A stretch of DNA of 64,000 bases from Vicugna vicugna (GCA_013265495.1 MU057744.1:3051370-3115369); one strand, 5' to 3'. Shown: positions 11,886-24,222, numbered from the stretch's first letter. The notes: generated from the letters alone by a model not told the origin. Numbers and translations are program-made.

Positions 11886-12639
11886 ATGACAAGTAGGGAG
11901 CTGGAAAAAGAAGTCGTGACTGACTGCAATTTTCTTTTTAAATTGACTATTAGAGTTTAATCTTTTGTATGTTATTCACCTACGAGATACATGATAAGAT
12001 TATATTTAATTGTAATTCATGACCCAAATCTTTTATTATATTTGGGAAAGTTATGATTGAATGAAACATGAAAAAACACATCGCTCACACACACTGCACA
12101 CACAAACCTCCACCGACTGTGATAGTTACGCTTTTGCATCTGACCTCCAGAATATTAACTCTATTAGAGATTATTTTTAAGTGTTTCATACTTGGAGCAG
12201 ACAAGATACCCCAGATACTTTTTATGTATAGTTTAATTTCAGGATACTAAAGAAACAACGTAGAAACCTGATCAGATATTACCCATTCAGTTTAATATAT
12301 TACATTTTTTTGTTTATTGAAATCTTTTTAACACTTCATACGACCATTATCTTTAGCCAACAGAAAGTAGCTAGCCTGTTTAAAATAAAGGATGGAAAGT
12401 GAAAGTCTTGACAAATATATTTAGCAATATTCAGAAAGACTTTTCCAGTAAAATTTTTAAAAAATTTTGTAACCAGGCCAATGCAGTAACACTGGTTTGC
12501 AAATTCTATTCCAAAAATTAGATATGATTACCATTGACAAGGCAATGGTAATACACAAATCAAATTTTTGTATATAAGTGAAACAAAAATCTTAATAACT
12601 GGAAACATAATTATTTGCTGATATTGTAGCATAATTGTA

Positions 12640-12870
12640 ATTATGGTTGGAGGCTAGAGTTAGATTGCCTGGGGTTGCAACCCAGTTCCATCATTTTCCA
12701 GCTTTGCAGTGTGGGACAAGTCATTTAGCCCCTCTGTGCTGTAGTTCCCTCATCTGTGAAATGAGTCTGGGTGTAAAAGCACTTATCTCGTAAGGTTGTG
12801 TGAATTCCATGAGTTTGTGTGGCCGAGTGCTTGCAGTGCTGTGTGACGCTTAGTGGTAACCAGTCAGCAC
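12640..12870 (+). mobile_element. MIR
   Basis: GAGTTAGATTGCCTGGG…GGACAAGTCATTTAGCCCCTCTGTGCTGTAGTTCCCTCATCTGTGAAATG…ACTTATCTCGTAAGGTTGTGTG. Confidence 0.8.
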
Positions 12871-12899
12871 TAGTGATGACGACCCGCTGGATGAGCATG

Positions 12900-13090
12900 G
12901 GGTTATGGCGCTGCCCATAGATTTTGGAATCAGACAGCTGTACGTTCAAAACCATTATCAATTAGTGGTGAAACCTAAACAGTTACTGGACTTTTTGAAG
13001 TCTTAGTTTCTTAGAAATCGAATGGAAATAATTAAAATATACTCCGTAGTGCTTTTATTAGAATGATTTAACACAACGTCTAGCAAGAAG
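12900..13090 (+). mobile_element. Second, adjacent MIR fragment
   Basis: TTTGGAATCAGACAG…AGTTACTGGACTTTTTGAAGTCTTAGTTTC. Confidence 0.55.
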
Positions 13091-14969
13091 AGGTAGTGAT
13101 CACCTTCACTGGGAGTTGTGAAGGTATAATCTGTAATGCAAGGATAAAGTGACACAAATCAGAGGTTCTTTGGTTCTGAAAGTGTCTGCCATGTTTAAGG
13201 GGCTTTTAGAAATGTGCCCAATTACAAGATTTGCTTTGTTAGCTCCAGAATTTCAAAAAAGACAAATAATTTAAATCAAATTACAACTACAAATATAACA
13301 AATACGGCATCCTGATTTAAAAAGTAAAAATGACAGAAATCTATTGGTGTTTTTTAAGGTCCAACAGGGACTATCAGCTCATTATTCAGTTTGTTAGGAA
13401 GGATGAACTGTTACCACATTTAAAATGACTTTTTTTTTTTTCTGAAAAGAGAGAAGAAAGGAGATGGACGTGTAGAATATGCGTCACAAAACGATGGAGA
13501 GGGCGGGTCTGAACTTTGACTTCCGTAGTAGTGCACTCTGTCAGGCTGTATGCATGTTCTCATTATGAGAAATTTGAAGTGTTGTCTTTGGGCTCGTATT
13601 GGACAAAATTCAGTGGTTGGAATGGGTGGCGTTTTTTTCCCAAGTGAGCCAGGATTCGTTTCCGAGGAGGAAAGTACTGGTAATTTGGGGCCGTAACCCG
13701 AGAGTGAACTGCCTGCCTGCTGTGTATCTCTCAAAACAGAAGCCAGGTCTCTTCCCCTCACTGTGGGCTACAGACCACATGGAGCGGGGCAGTGCCCACT
13801 CAGTCCACCTCCGTCTCCGGCCAAGTCAGCAGCCGGTCTCTCTGGCTTGTCTGGATCTCAGTGTCGAGCATTACGGAGTGCTTCTCTGCACACTGCCTTT
13901 TATTCCTGTTGTTTACTTCTGCAGTAACGTAAGCTTTTCCAGAGTTTGTGTGTGACAAGGAAAGTCGTGGCTGTGGAGAAGGCTTTTGAGGGTAGGTTTT
14001 GGAGGTGGATTCTGAGGTGGGAGCCCACGAGCTGTGGACATGGGGTTAGGCTTGGCTGCCCCTCTTTGGGGCCCTGAGTGAGAGACGGCCATGGTGCTTA
14101 CTGTGTCCTGCTTCTCCGGGTCCCTGGAACATCTGTACTTCCGTTCTTCAAAGTGGCCGGCGTTCACATTTTGAACTCTCATGTTAGGGTTTAGGATGCA
14201 GGAAAAGAAAAAAACGGAGTCGTGGTGTTAGATGCTAGTCTGGAACAAACGGATGCTTGCATGTCCTTACTTATTTTCATGACAATTATGCATTTGTGAT
14301 GCTTATCTTAAAATGTATTTGTGACTTTAGAAGTCTCCTAAAGGAGTCTGACTTAGTCAGATATCAGTCTGATAACTTCGTTTAACAGTATGTCTAAAAA
14401 CTAGAGAGAAGTGACAGAGTTTGGAGGAGACATTGGGCATCTGGAACTGAAGTCCGCTGTCATCTGGAGAAGGAGATAGATGAGGCCTTTGTCAGTGGGA
14501 ATGTAAGAATGGGTGGACTTCGTCAGGCTGTCACTGTCAGTGTAACATAGTCATGGTAAGGAGCTCTGCATAAGCCTCAGCTTCACTGCTGTGAATGAGC
14601 AGGAGGTGTTCGGAGAGGAGCCTCTGCTGCAGTGACTCAGGTAGGCTCAGGTGGGTGGCGGATGCCCCAGAGAGCTTTATGCGGCCCCTCCCATCCATCT
14701 GCTGCAGGTCCCCTCCGCCTCTTGGCTGCCTGAGCCCCATGTGCAAGCACCTGGTCTCACCTATGTGACATCACAAACCTCCTCGTGTTTGCAGACGCTG
14801 CCTGTCAGGCTCTGACTCTTCCTTCCAGACTCATGGTACCTGCTCTGCCATTTGTCCTTAGTCCTCCTCTTACAGTCGACTCTTCCCTCCTTCCCTTTCA
14901 CCCCTTACTGTGCACACGCCTCTGTGATTGACCACGTTCACGCCTTTTGCAGGCATCAGTTTACATTTC

Positions 14970-15324
14970 TGTCCTAGTCCATTCCGGCTGCTAAAACACC
15001 CCCACTGAGTAGCTTGTAAACAACAGAAATTAATTCTTTAAGTTCTGGAAACTAGGAAATCCAAGATTAAACCCTGAAAGATTTGATATGGTGAGGGCCT
15101 GTTTCCTGGAAGGCCATATTTTGCTGTGTCTTCACGGTGTGCAAGTGGCAAAGGAGCTCTCTTGAGCCTCTTTTATGTTTCATAAGGGCACTAATCCCAT
15201 TCAGGAGAGCTCCACTCTCATGACCTCATAGTCACCTCCCAGAGGCCCACCTCCACAGACTCACACTGAGCATTAGGATTGAGCAAATGAATTGTGGGGT
15301 CACAGAAATGTTCAGCCTTTAACA
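14970..15324 (-). mobile_element. MLT1A/MLT1A0-like MaLR solo LTR
   Basis: TG…CA termini (TGTCCTAGTCCATTCCGGCTGCT…TTCAGCCTTTAACA), internal AAGGGCACTAATCCCATTCA…CTCATGACCT…CACCTCCCAGAGGCCCACCTCC, 5 bp TSD-like flanks ATTTC/GTTTC. Confidence 0.9.
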
Positions 15325-16744
15325 GTTTCCATTCTTCCTGTTACTTTCTTGTCTTATTGAGGGCAGTCCTTGTTTTACTCAAGTCCAGTCTTCTATTTCC
15401 AGTGTCTACTGCTCAAAAAATAGTTGCTGGTTAAACTAATGATTGAAACAGCAGTAGCCTCTTTCCTCAGATTGAACAGGAAATAATTGCATTTACCATG
15501 TCAAGACGATTTCTCTGAAATATCTTTCAAGATTGATATTAGCTTAAAATTGTTATTAACATAAGCCTGTAAAAAGTATAGCCAGAAAAATAAAAAGTGG
15601 CCAGTATAACATACCGTGATGGTTATGTCATTTTAAACATTTTTATCAAAAGTTAACAGGGACTTTGAAAATGTATAACGTACTCTACTGACTTCCTTAT
15701 TTATCATCAAGCATATTATTTTTAGAATAGCTTTTCAACAGTGATGAGAATTATTTGACCTCATCTGGACTGAGGTTAACTTGATTTCCTTCATGTAAAT
15801 TAGTAAGAAAAAAAAAAGTTCTTAAGGTTTTATTTTATTATATTAATTATATATAATACATATGACATGTATACATACGTATTTCATATGTTCATAGAAG
15901 ATATGTAATATTAATATAATTTGAGAAAGAAGAATGTATATATTAAGTGCAATTAAATGTTCTTAGTGCTGGTTTTTAATAAACAGAGGGAAAAAGAACT
16001 GAATCCCCCAAACCCTGCTAAGTCAATAAACAAAACCTTAGCTATATAGTCAACTGAAATTTTATCTGAAATTATTTCAGTAACTGTATATCAGTCAGAT
16101 GAGGACTTAACATTGTTTAAATTATTCTTGAATAGTACCATTTTTGCAGGAGAGACCATTAAGTCCACTAAATCAGCGTGGGAACACTGGCCCCTCATCT
16201 TTGTTACTCAGCGTACATCAGTCATGTCTGAGGCATCCGTAGGGGCTGCCTGGGTGGAGTTATGAGTAGCACAGGGAATTTCAAGCCATTCAGCATCGCA
16301 GGTAGCTGTAGAGAGTTAAGTGGAAAGCATTGGGCTAAGAAAGACATCCTTAGGAGAGCAAAACGGGCTGACAGGGTACTCCAGTTTTCAGTGCATGAGC
16401 TATTTTAGATCGACATGCTTCAAGCTAAAGGGGTGATGTTTGAATGAATCATATATTAATAATGTCCAGTTGTGTAAGCAGAACTATAATGGAGTGAAAT
16501 AGGTCTTGTCACAGTGTTAAAGCTTTGACATGCTCAGGTAGAGCATGCAGCAAGAATAATATATTCTTGAAAGCATTGGGCATTTTTAAAATTATGCCCA
16601 AAGGTAACCTTGACAAAATTCCAGGTTGTTTCCTCATAACTTTATAAATCTCTGTTTTATGTATTTGAAGATTACGATAACTTAGTGCCCATTTACTGGC
16701 ACTCCTTTTAGCTAAAGGACTTAAGAGTTGCATGTTGAAATATA

Positions 16745-16880
16745 ACAATAATAACGATAGTGGCCACCATCTACTACGGTAGTAACTGCGCAGTGGGTTT
16801 CACTGCCACCTCATCAGGTGATACTCACAGCAGCTCTGCAGGGACGGCATGGCAGTCTCCTTGTTACAGAGGTGGAGATG
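16745..16880 (-). mobile_element. MIR fragment
   Basis: ATAATAACGATAG…CTCACAGCAGCTCTGCAGGG…TCCTTGTTACAGAGGTGGA. Confidence 0.5.
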
Positions 16881-17781
16881 TGTAATGTGCAGGACACACT
16901 ATGGATGTGTATGCATGCTTATATAACCTGAATTTGTGACAGCCTCCACACTGCAGAGTGGTACATAATGTGGAGGCATGTAATATTTTGTATATGGAGC
17001 TAGAAAACCAGTTTTACTTTTGAAATAAAATTAGTGTTGGAAGTATAGCATGCGTCAAGTTTTAAGCTGTGCTTACTTGATATCCTGAAGAATAAATAGC
17101 TTATGAAATTGTAATAAAAGATTTCCCCTGGTATCCTTCTGTAGCAACTGGTAGGGATAAAAATGAGAATCTGTATCTCTGAAGGGCATGTCCTAAGTAG
17201 CAGATCTAGGCAGGTGTCTTTCAGGAGAACAGGTTAGCCATTTGTAAGGTTGAACAGTTTATCCTTAGAGTCAAATAATATCTTTACTTCACATGTTTCC
17301 TTAAGCCTTACTTTCGACACTACCAGGCAGTGTGAATGCCATGATGTGACTGCATCGTCCATGACTGCCTGACCCCACAAGGCGAAGATGAAGACGAAGG
17401 TCCTGGTCTTAGAAAGAGTCTTCTGTGCACCAGGCATCCCACCGGAGGCTCTCCGGGTAGCTCTCTCTTCCACACCATTAGTTAAGAAGAGTCTCTTGAT
17501 TCCTCTCACACTGAGTATCTGTATAATGGACAGATAACACTATTTACTGTCCATTAGGTATGTTTACCCAAACAAGGAAAATATAAATATAATACAGACA
17601 TGCCTAGGAAGCAGAGATGATTTTGAAGAAGCAGTGGTTTTAACACACATTGTTTACTAAAGAAGATAATTGTAATATTTTGAAGTCATTTGAAATGTAA
17701 AGGGATTAAATTACCTGAAAAGAAAATCATGTTTTACATAATCTTAGTTGAATACTTGAAGCTGGAGAACTCAGGGATTCC

Positions 17782-17900
17782 ATTTATTCATTCAGCAAAT
17801 ATTCATGGACCTCCTCCTTTGTAGTAGGCCCTGGACTGTGAACAGTAAACAGATTTCCGGGCCTCATAGAGTTTATATTTCTAGGTACCATTGGGGAGTG
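17782..17900 (-). mobile_element. L2 3' fragment
   Basis: ATTCATTCAGCAAATATTCATGGACCTCC…AGGCCCTGG…CCTCATAGAGTTTATATTTCTAG. Confidence 0.7.
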
Positions 17901-18240
17901 AGGGGAGGAGGTGTGGACAGAAAGGAAGTAGGGTATGTGTGTCTCTGCTTGTGTGTGGTGTGTGTATATGTGTATATACACACGTTTACATAGAGAGTGA
18001 TAGGTATCTCAGTAGAAGTATATAAAATAGGGATAAATTTAATTTTAAATAAAACCCACTTCTTTTTATAGCAAAAAGAATTCTTCCATTGAACTTTCTC
18101 TAAAGCATAGTATTAGATTACAAACTTTGAAATTTTTACTCACCAAAAGTTCATATTCTAATTTCCAGAAATGAAAATTTTGATAAAACATCTGTCATTG
18201 TTTTAAAATGGTCCATGTGTTTGCTTCTTTTCTTTTCTTT

Positions 18241-18949
18241 TTTTTTTTTTTATTGAAGTGTAGTCAGTTTACAATGTTGTGTCAATCTCTGGTGTGATAC
18301 CTCATTGTAGTTTTGACTTGCATTTCTTTGATAATTAGCGATATTGAGTGTGTTTTCATGTGTCCACTGGTCATTTGTATGTCTTTTTTGGAAAACTGCT
18401 TGTTTAGGTCTTCTGCTCATTTTTGGATTCGGTTGTTACTCTGTTCTGCACACTCCCAGCCACAGCCCAAGCCACACTCCAGCCCCTGAGTCTGCCTCTG
18501 CATAGTCAGCTCCAGTCCTCTCTCCGGGCTCGTCTGTGGAGTCTGAGCTCCAGCAGCCCTGCCTGGCCCAGCCCTGCTGGTTTGTGTTTTGGGTGAGCTA
18601 TCGCAGGGACCCTTTTTACTAGTTTCTCCCAGATCTGTCTGCCAATCCCCTGTTGCTTTCTCCTGCAAGCCTCAGACGCTCCCTTTCTGTCCTCCCTGCT
18701 GACCTCCTCACTGGAGAGGGGGTGTCCCAGAGTGAGCACGCTTTTGCTTCTGATTCCCTTTTTCTGTTTGTTTTTTCCTCCTACCCATTTTTGTGAGGAA
18801 TCTTCTTGCATTTCTTAAGTAAGAGGTATTCTGCCAAAGTTCAGTGGTTATTCTGTGTGAATTGTTCTGTCTGTGGGTGTAATTTTTGGTACATTCGTGG
18901 GAGAGGATGAGCTCTGCATCCTTCCACTCCACCATCTTGGCATCCCCCC
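18241..18949 (-). mobile_element. Internally deleted L1: 5' UTR (~18949-18438) + short late-ORF2 piece (~18437-18295) + extreme 3' end and poly(A)
   Basis: Minus strand begins GGGGGGATGCCAAGATGGTGGAGTGGAAGGATGCAGAGCTCATCCTCTCCCAC (L1 5' end with a YY1-type AAGATGG). It later encodes [47 protein letters not shown] (L1 ORF2p C-terminal region), then ends CACCAGAGATTGACACAACATTGTAAACTGACTACACTTCAATAAAAAAA. Confidence 0.88.
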
Positions 18950-19619
18950 ACTTTTCTTTATTCATGTTAAGAGTATTTGTAGGTGTTCCAGAATCTGTAG
19001 GAGGAATCCCTGAGGTTGTTTCACACAGCATCAGACTGCACTGAGTGCAGTAAGGGCTGATGGGGACAGAAAACTTGAATCCTGTGAGACCCAAAGAGGT
19101 CTCACAGCAATTTCTGTAGTTTTCTGTCCTGTGATGGAAGTTCAGGTCCTCTCTGTGTGAAGCACAGAATTACGCGGATGTGGTATGCTTGTATTACCTA
19201 ATTGCACAACAGTTGGTTGTGGAACCAGAGCCCCTGATTCCTGTGCGTTACTTAAGAAGACGTATAGTATGTGAGATATGTATGCACTTAGAGCCTCTGA
19301 CAAAAGGATCAGCTCAAAAATGGGAAAAACAAAGTGTCAGCCACGTATTGTGCTGAGCCAGTTTTCCAACTGGACAATGAGTCAATTGTTTTTCGTGATT
19401 TTTGGATACGGTATAATGACCTCTTTATTAAACTCAGCAAGTAAGTGGCTGTTAAACTGTTTATTTTGATTGCAGTGATAGATAAAGTAGCCCATTATTT
19501 TTGGAGAAGATGAAAAACATCATAAAAATGTATTCATTTAAAAATATTTATGCCTTTTCATGTTTGGAAACTTACCTACTTTTTAGGTTCTCTGAATACA
19601 TGGTTTGGGTAATTTTCTT

Positions 19620-19670
19620 TTCTTTTTTTTCAACATTTTTTTTATTGAATTATAGTCATTTGGGTTTATA
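19620..19670 (-). mobile_element. Extremely 5'-truncated L1 3' tip with 18 bp TSD
   Basis: Minus strand AATGACTATAATTCAATAAAAAAAATGTTGAAAAAAAA; flanking direct repeats GGTTTGGGTAATTTTCTT (19602-19619) and GGTTTGGGTAGTTTTCTT (19671-19688). Confidence 0.8.
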
Positions 19671-20676
19671 GGTTTGGGTAGTTTTCTTAAGTCAAGATCC
19701 TTCCACTTTCATGCCACTTTTGTAAAAAACATCAGTACTTGATACCCAGATGTTCTATAAAAGATTTTGCATTTGTTCTTAATTCATTTTTTATATTTAG
19801 CTTTTAAAAAAAATCTGGATTAAAAATGATGTCAAATCATAATGTCTAATGGCTTTTTGATGATGGGGCAAAAGAGGATTGACGTGGAGGAACACTGCTA
19901 GAGTTTCAGTGCTAATTTTGCCTTCTCCCACCACCTCATATAGGCAGCAAAAATAAATGTCTACCAAAGTAAAAATTGTTGACAAAGTAATTATTATTGG
20001 GTCCCCACCCTAGGTGCTAACAACCTGCAAAGTGTAGCACTCTAATAATAGTAGCTAAAACTGAATTTCAGATTGTGATACTCTGTATGCTAAGCCTGTT
20101 AAAGTACATTAAACAGATTTTGGTGAAGTCATAGGCTTCCTTATTTAAGCTGGGGATACATCTGCAGCTTCCTCAAGGAAGCAGCATGTAAGTTATAAGA
20201 CAGAGGTGGTAAGTTTAAGGCAAAGAAAAACCACTGTATGTGAAGAGTTCTAGGTTATTTGTTTATTTCAGTTTTTGTCATATCTCCTCTTGGAAATTTA
20301 ACACAAAGAAGGGCACACAGGAGAAGCAAATAACTATTAGTTGAATCAAATGATGCTTCTTATTAACTTAAAGAATCAATTACAAGCTAAGAATATATTA
20401 ATGAAAGTTTTTTTTTTTCCATCTAAAAAAGTAACTGGGTCATGGACTTTAATCTCATTCTTTCATTCATGTTTTGGGCTGAGGGACCCTCAAGGGCTGT
20501 GCAGAGTAAGGAAAAGACAATTAAGAGAAAGAGTCGTCTTCCTTTGTTCAAACCCTCTTCTGCCTGCTAATGAGGAAGGCAAAAAAGGCAACTTGATCAC
20601 GCTGTTCCTGATACCCACACTTCCTTGTTTAGCTGACTGCTGGATGAAATTTGTCTTTCTATCTAAGTTCTCTGTC

Positions 20677-20901
20677 AGTGTTGTGCAGACTTCAAGGGCG
20701 ACCTATGAATCAATCATAAAATCACTGTAGTAGGTTGCCATCAGAGTTTTAAAATGAAATACAATAAAATAAAAACTGAATGTATTCCAAATTATTTTGA
20801 TAAAGCCTTTGTTTCACTTATATTCGTGTATATATGTGTGTTTGGCTTACATGGTGGAATGTGTTTTTTTACTTGGGGGTCATAGTCAAAAGAAAACCAT
20901 T
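20677..20901. mobile_element. Old hAT-Charlie-type MITE (subfamily not assigned)
   Basis: CAGTGTT…AACCATTG terminal inverted similarity; internal TTTTAAAATGAAATACAATAAAAT…TTTGTTTCACTTATAT…TTACTTGGGGGTCATAGTCAAAA resembles mammalian MER-type hAT elements. Confidence 0.55.
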
Positions 20902-21639
20902 GTTATTAATCTAATCCCTGCACAGTCTTCTGAGCCCTTGTTTTCTTGAGTAATTTGTCCTTGTAACTCATTTTCAGATTCTTCACTTCCCTTACTCTTT
21001 CTGGCAGTTTAGACAGCCCCATAGTTTCTCAATTGCTCCATCTTTATTGCCAACTCTTAGTATAGTGATCACTGGAAGAAGTACTCACTAGATGTCTGTT
21101 GTCTGAAATAGTGAATTAATGGTATTCTAGAAAGAATTACAATTTTGTAAGTCTAAATATCAACGATTTATTAATGCCACCTTTTTTCTCTTCCCTTAAG
21201 CCCTATTGCCACCATGCAGTTGCTCTTTGCAATTTCTGAGTCATTTTCTAAGTTTCCTGGCCTCTTTCATCAAAATGAGCCACCAGCCTAGGTGACTGTA
21301 GAACAGGCTTCTTTACTGTGACTCCTGTCTGGCTCTGCAGTGTATGCGCAGACTGTTGTGTCAGCATTTGGGTGTCTGTCTGACTTCAGCATTGCTCCCT
21401 TCTGGCCTGTCATTGCCCTTGCCTTCAGGGTTCTGAATTCTGAATATTCTGAATATTTCACTCTGTGTAAATATCTCCCATAGGCATACTTCTTTGGCCT
21501 TGAGATCTAAACACATTTGAGTGAGAATGAAGTGCCCTGAAGTATCTGATTTCAGAGTATTCTCCAGATCTATCTAGCCACACCCTGTCGTGTGAACTTG
21601 GTTGGCATTCTCAGCTGTTACACACCTTACGGTCTTTGT

Positions 21640-21910
21640 GTACCTGGGCCAGTGGACTAGCCAGTGTTCTCCTCTTTGCCTAGAATGCCTTCACCTTCTG
21701 TTGTGCCTCAGGTAAGAATACTGAGTTCCCTGAGTCTGCTCCTCCACTGTCACTTACCAGGTATTTATAGAACTGAAATCCTTCACTGTCTGTGTGTTCA
21801 TCCTCCTGCCCCTGTTGGGCTCTGAGTTTCTCTTGCGTTTGTATTGGCAGTTCTCCCTTGTAACCCCTGACAGAACCTGTCAGTGCTGGGCCTTGGAGGA
21901 TGCTCAGTAA
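21640..21910 (+). mobile_element. L2 3' fragment
   Basis: CTTTGCCTAGAATGCCTTC…CTCTGAGTTTCTC…TTTGTATT…CAGTGCTGGGCCTTGGAGGATGCTCAGTAA. Confidence 0.55.
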
Positions 21911-23459
21911 GGATGCGCTGAGTGAGCTCTTGTCTCAGAGACGTCTAAGAAGTGCACCATTCCTCCTCCGCTGATGTGGCCTTCCCTCTCCCCTGTCCCC
22001 ACTAGACCGCTGGTACAGATTCCTGCTAGACTCGTAATACGTACGACACAATGTTCTCCATCACTCTTCCTTGCCCTTTCCTTCCCTAAGTCTGCAAGTT
22101 TTATAACCCGTGAAAAGGTCATGTAAGCAAAGCAGTTTGTCTACGTTATTCACAATCTATAGAAAGCCACTGATAGCCAACTGATGCTGTGAACATTTTA
22201 CATGGATTCACCAATTCATATGTCTGGTAAGGATACTCCTGCAGTGTATTTCCTAAAGGAGTGTTCTACTATGAGCTTGAATACTTAAACACTTAACATT
22301 TAAAATAAAATCTTGGGTTTCAGCTTAACCTTGACCTTAACCTTGACTTTGAATACCATTATATAACACATTTCCCCTAATTGTTTCATTACAATAAAAC
22401 ATTTTTAATTAAATGCCAGCAACTGATGTTTTACCTATTGCAACAGAATTTAACACCAAATTCAGAGGGGTTGATTTTCATAAATACAATATTTTCTTCA
22501 TAAGATTTCAGGGAAAGTTAGGTAGAATTTCAAGACACAGCACAGTGATTGGTTTAATTTGGTAAATAAGACTTACTGTTAGTTGCAAGAAACTAATTAA
22601 CATTTATTGTGCCTGGGTTAATTACATTGTTAGATTTCACTGGCTGGTCATGGGAATGGGTGTTTGATGAGGGAAGATACTGCATTAATTCCGTAACTGC
22701 AGATATATATCACTGTTCCGATGACTATGATATATCTCATCCACTCTTTCCCCCTTTTTGGCTTTGCAGAGCCCAGTTCTCACCCAATTGATCATTCCTG
22801 GTGTGGCACCCAAATCAGCCATTAAGGGGAAACCGAACACTTTGTGGCCTTATTCCACTTGTTTTGCAATTACTGCAGTAGGTGTCACATTGCATTTTTC
22901 CAAGTGAATTTAAAAGTAGACTTTGAGTGGGTAGATTAGGTATACCACTTATTCATAATAAAAGGTACAAATGGTGAAGTGTGGCACATTGTATGCAAAA
23001 TTCTCTGGACCAAAAATTTATATAGGCCAAGGACAGGAAAAAAAAACATACTGGGAAATTTCGTTTTGTAAAAAATATTAAACTATTGTATAATCAAAGT
23101 AATCAGAAATATATATTAATCCTCATAGTTCTTAGTTAATAAATTTACATTAATGTTACAAAATGAAATGTTGTTAAACTTTTTGCTAAGTCTTTCTTTT
23201 AGTACCTTTGGCTGTTTTATTGTAACTCAGAGGCTAACTGGTATTTTTAAAGACATTTGTTTTTATCACCATTTATTTTCCATAGTTTTATAAACCTGAA
23301 AATACAAAAAAAGATACAAAAAGTAATACAAATACCTTTAATCTTAACACTGAAAAACTCCAAAGTAACTCTTTTTCCATTCTTCAGTCATTCCTTCTTT
23401 CTTCATTCCCCACTTTCAAGTCATCTAAAAGTTTTACTGATCGGTCGTCAGAGCACATC

Positions 23460-24045
23460 CTGAATCTGCCCTTTCCTCCATCTCTTCCAGTACTGTCTGA
23501 TCCATCCGTCGTGCCTGGACTACTCCAGGTCATCCCTTCCCACCTGCTCTCCCACTTGCTCGCGGTCCTGTAAGGGCTTTCAGAATGCCTAATGAAATCT
23601 AAATCTCTTCTGTGGCTGTCAGGGCCCCTGTGACCATGAGCTGCTCTTGTTTCTCAGCCCCTCTCATCATCCTCCTCTTTCCCTTCTGTCTACCAAGCTG
23701 GCTTCCTTCTGCCAAAGTGGCTGACATGCTCTTCCTCACTCTCTAGGTGTCTCTTCCCTTTTGTTCAGGATTTGGTGGAAGTGACAGTTCTCCCAGTGGC
23801 TTCCTGCCCTCTGGGTGCAGAAGGAGCACTCCAGCCTCTCTAAGGCAGACCTCCATGTTCTGTTTCCCTCACATGTGTATGACTCCTTAAACACACACAC
23901 ACTGACTTGTTATATGTCTGTTCATCAGAATGTAAGCGCCATGCGAGCAGGAAAAAGCCTGGTCTTGTCACTCACAGCTCTGTCCCTAGAACCAGGAACA
24001 GTGCTTCCTATGTGGTAGGTGCTGGATATTTACTAAAGTAATGAA
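23460..24045 (+). mobile_element. L2 (L2a-like) 3' portion
   Basis: Pyrimidine-rich L2 body (TGAATCTGCCCTTTCCTCCATCTC…GCCTGGACTACTCC…AAATCTAAATCTCTT) ending AGAATGTAAGCGCCATGCGAGCAGG…CCTAGAACCAGGAACAGTGCTTCCTATGTGGTAGGTGCT…AATGAAT. Confidence 0.8.
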
Positions 24046-24089
24046 TACATCAGTGAAGATTTACTACTCAGGCAAAAGTTTCTGTGTTA

Positions 24090-24222
24090 GGGGCGGTAGG
24101 GTATGGCTCAGTGGCAGTGTGTTATTAGCATGCACGAGGTTCTGGGTTCAATCCCCAGGACTTCTATTAAAATAAAGAAAGGAAATTTTTAAAAATCCAA
24201 CCAAAAAATTTTAAAAAGAAAT
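24090..24222 (+). mobile_element. Camelid-type tRNA-derived SINE
   Basis: GGGTATGGCTCAGTGGCAG…TTAGCATGCACGAGGTTCTGGGTTCAATCCCCAGG, A-rich tail, degenerate TSD AAAGTTTCTGTGTTA / AAAGTCTCTCTTA. Confidence 0.9.

Noticed and set aside
12527..12552. Perfect 10 bp hairpin ATTACCATTG-ACAAGG-CAATGGTAAT
   Set aside because: About one such stem is expected by chance in 64 kb of AT-rich DNA, and it is too short for a pre-miRNA.
14330..14640. Possible L3/CR1 remnant and the small palindrome TCTGACT-T-AGTCAGA
   Set aside because: Similarity is too faint to call by eye, and the palindrome length is within chance.
22325..22347. Tandem TTAACCTTGACC repeat containing AAGGTCA-like nuclear-receptor half-sites
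   Set aside because: A two-copy micro-duplication explains it, and there is no independent evidence of function.
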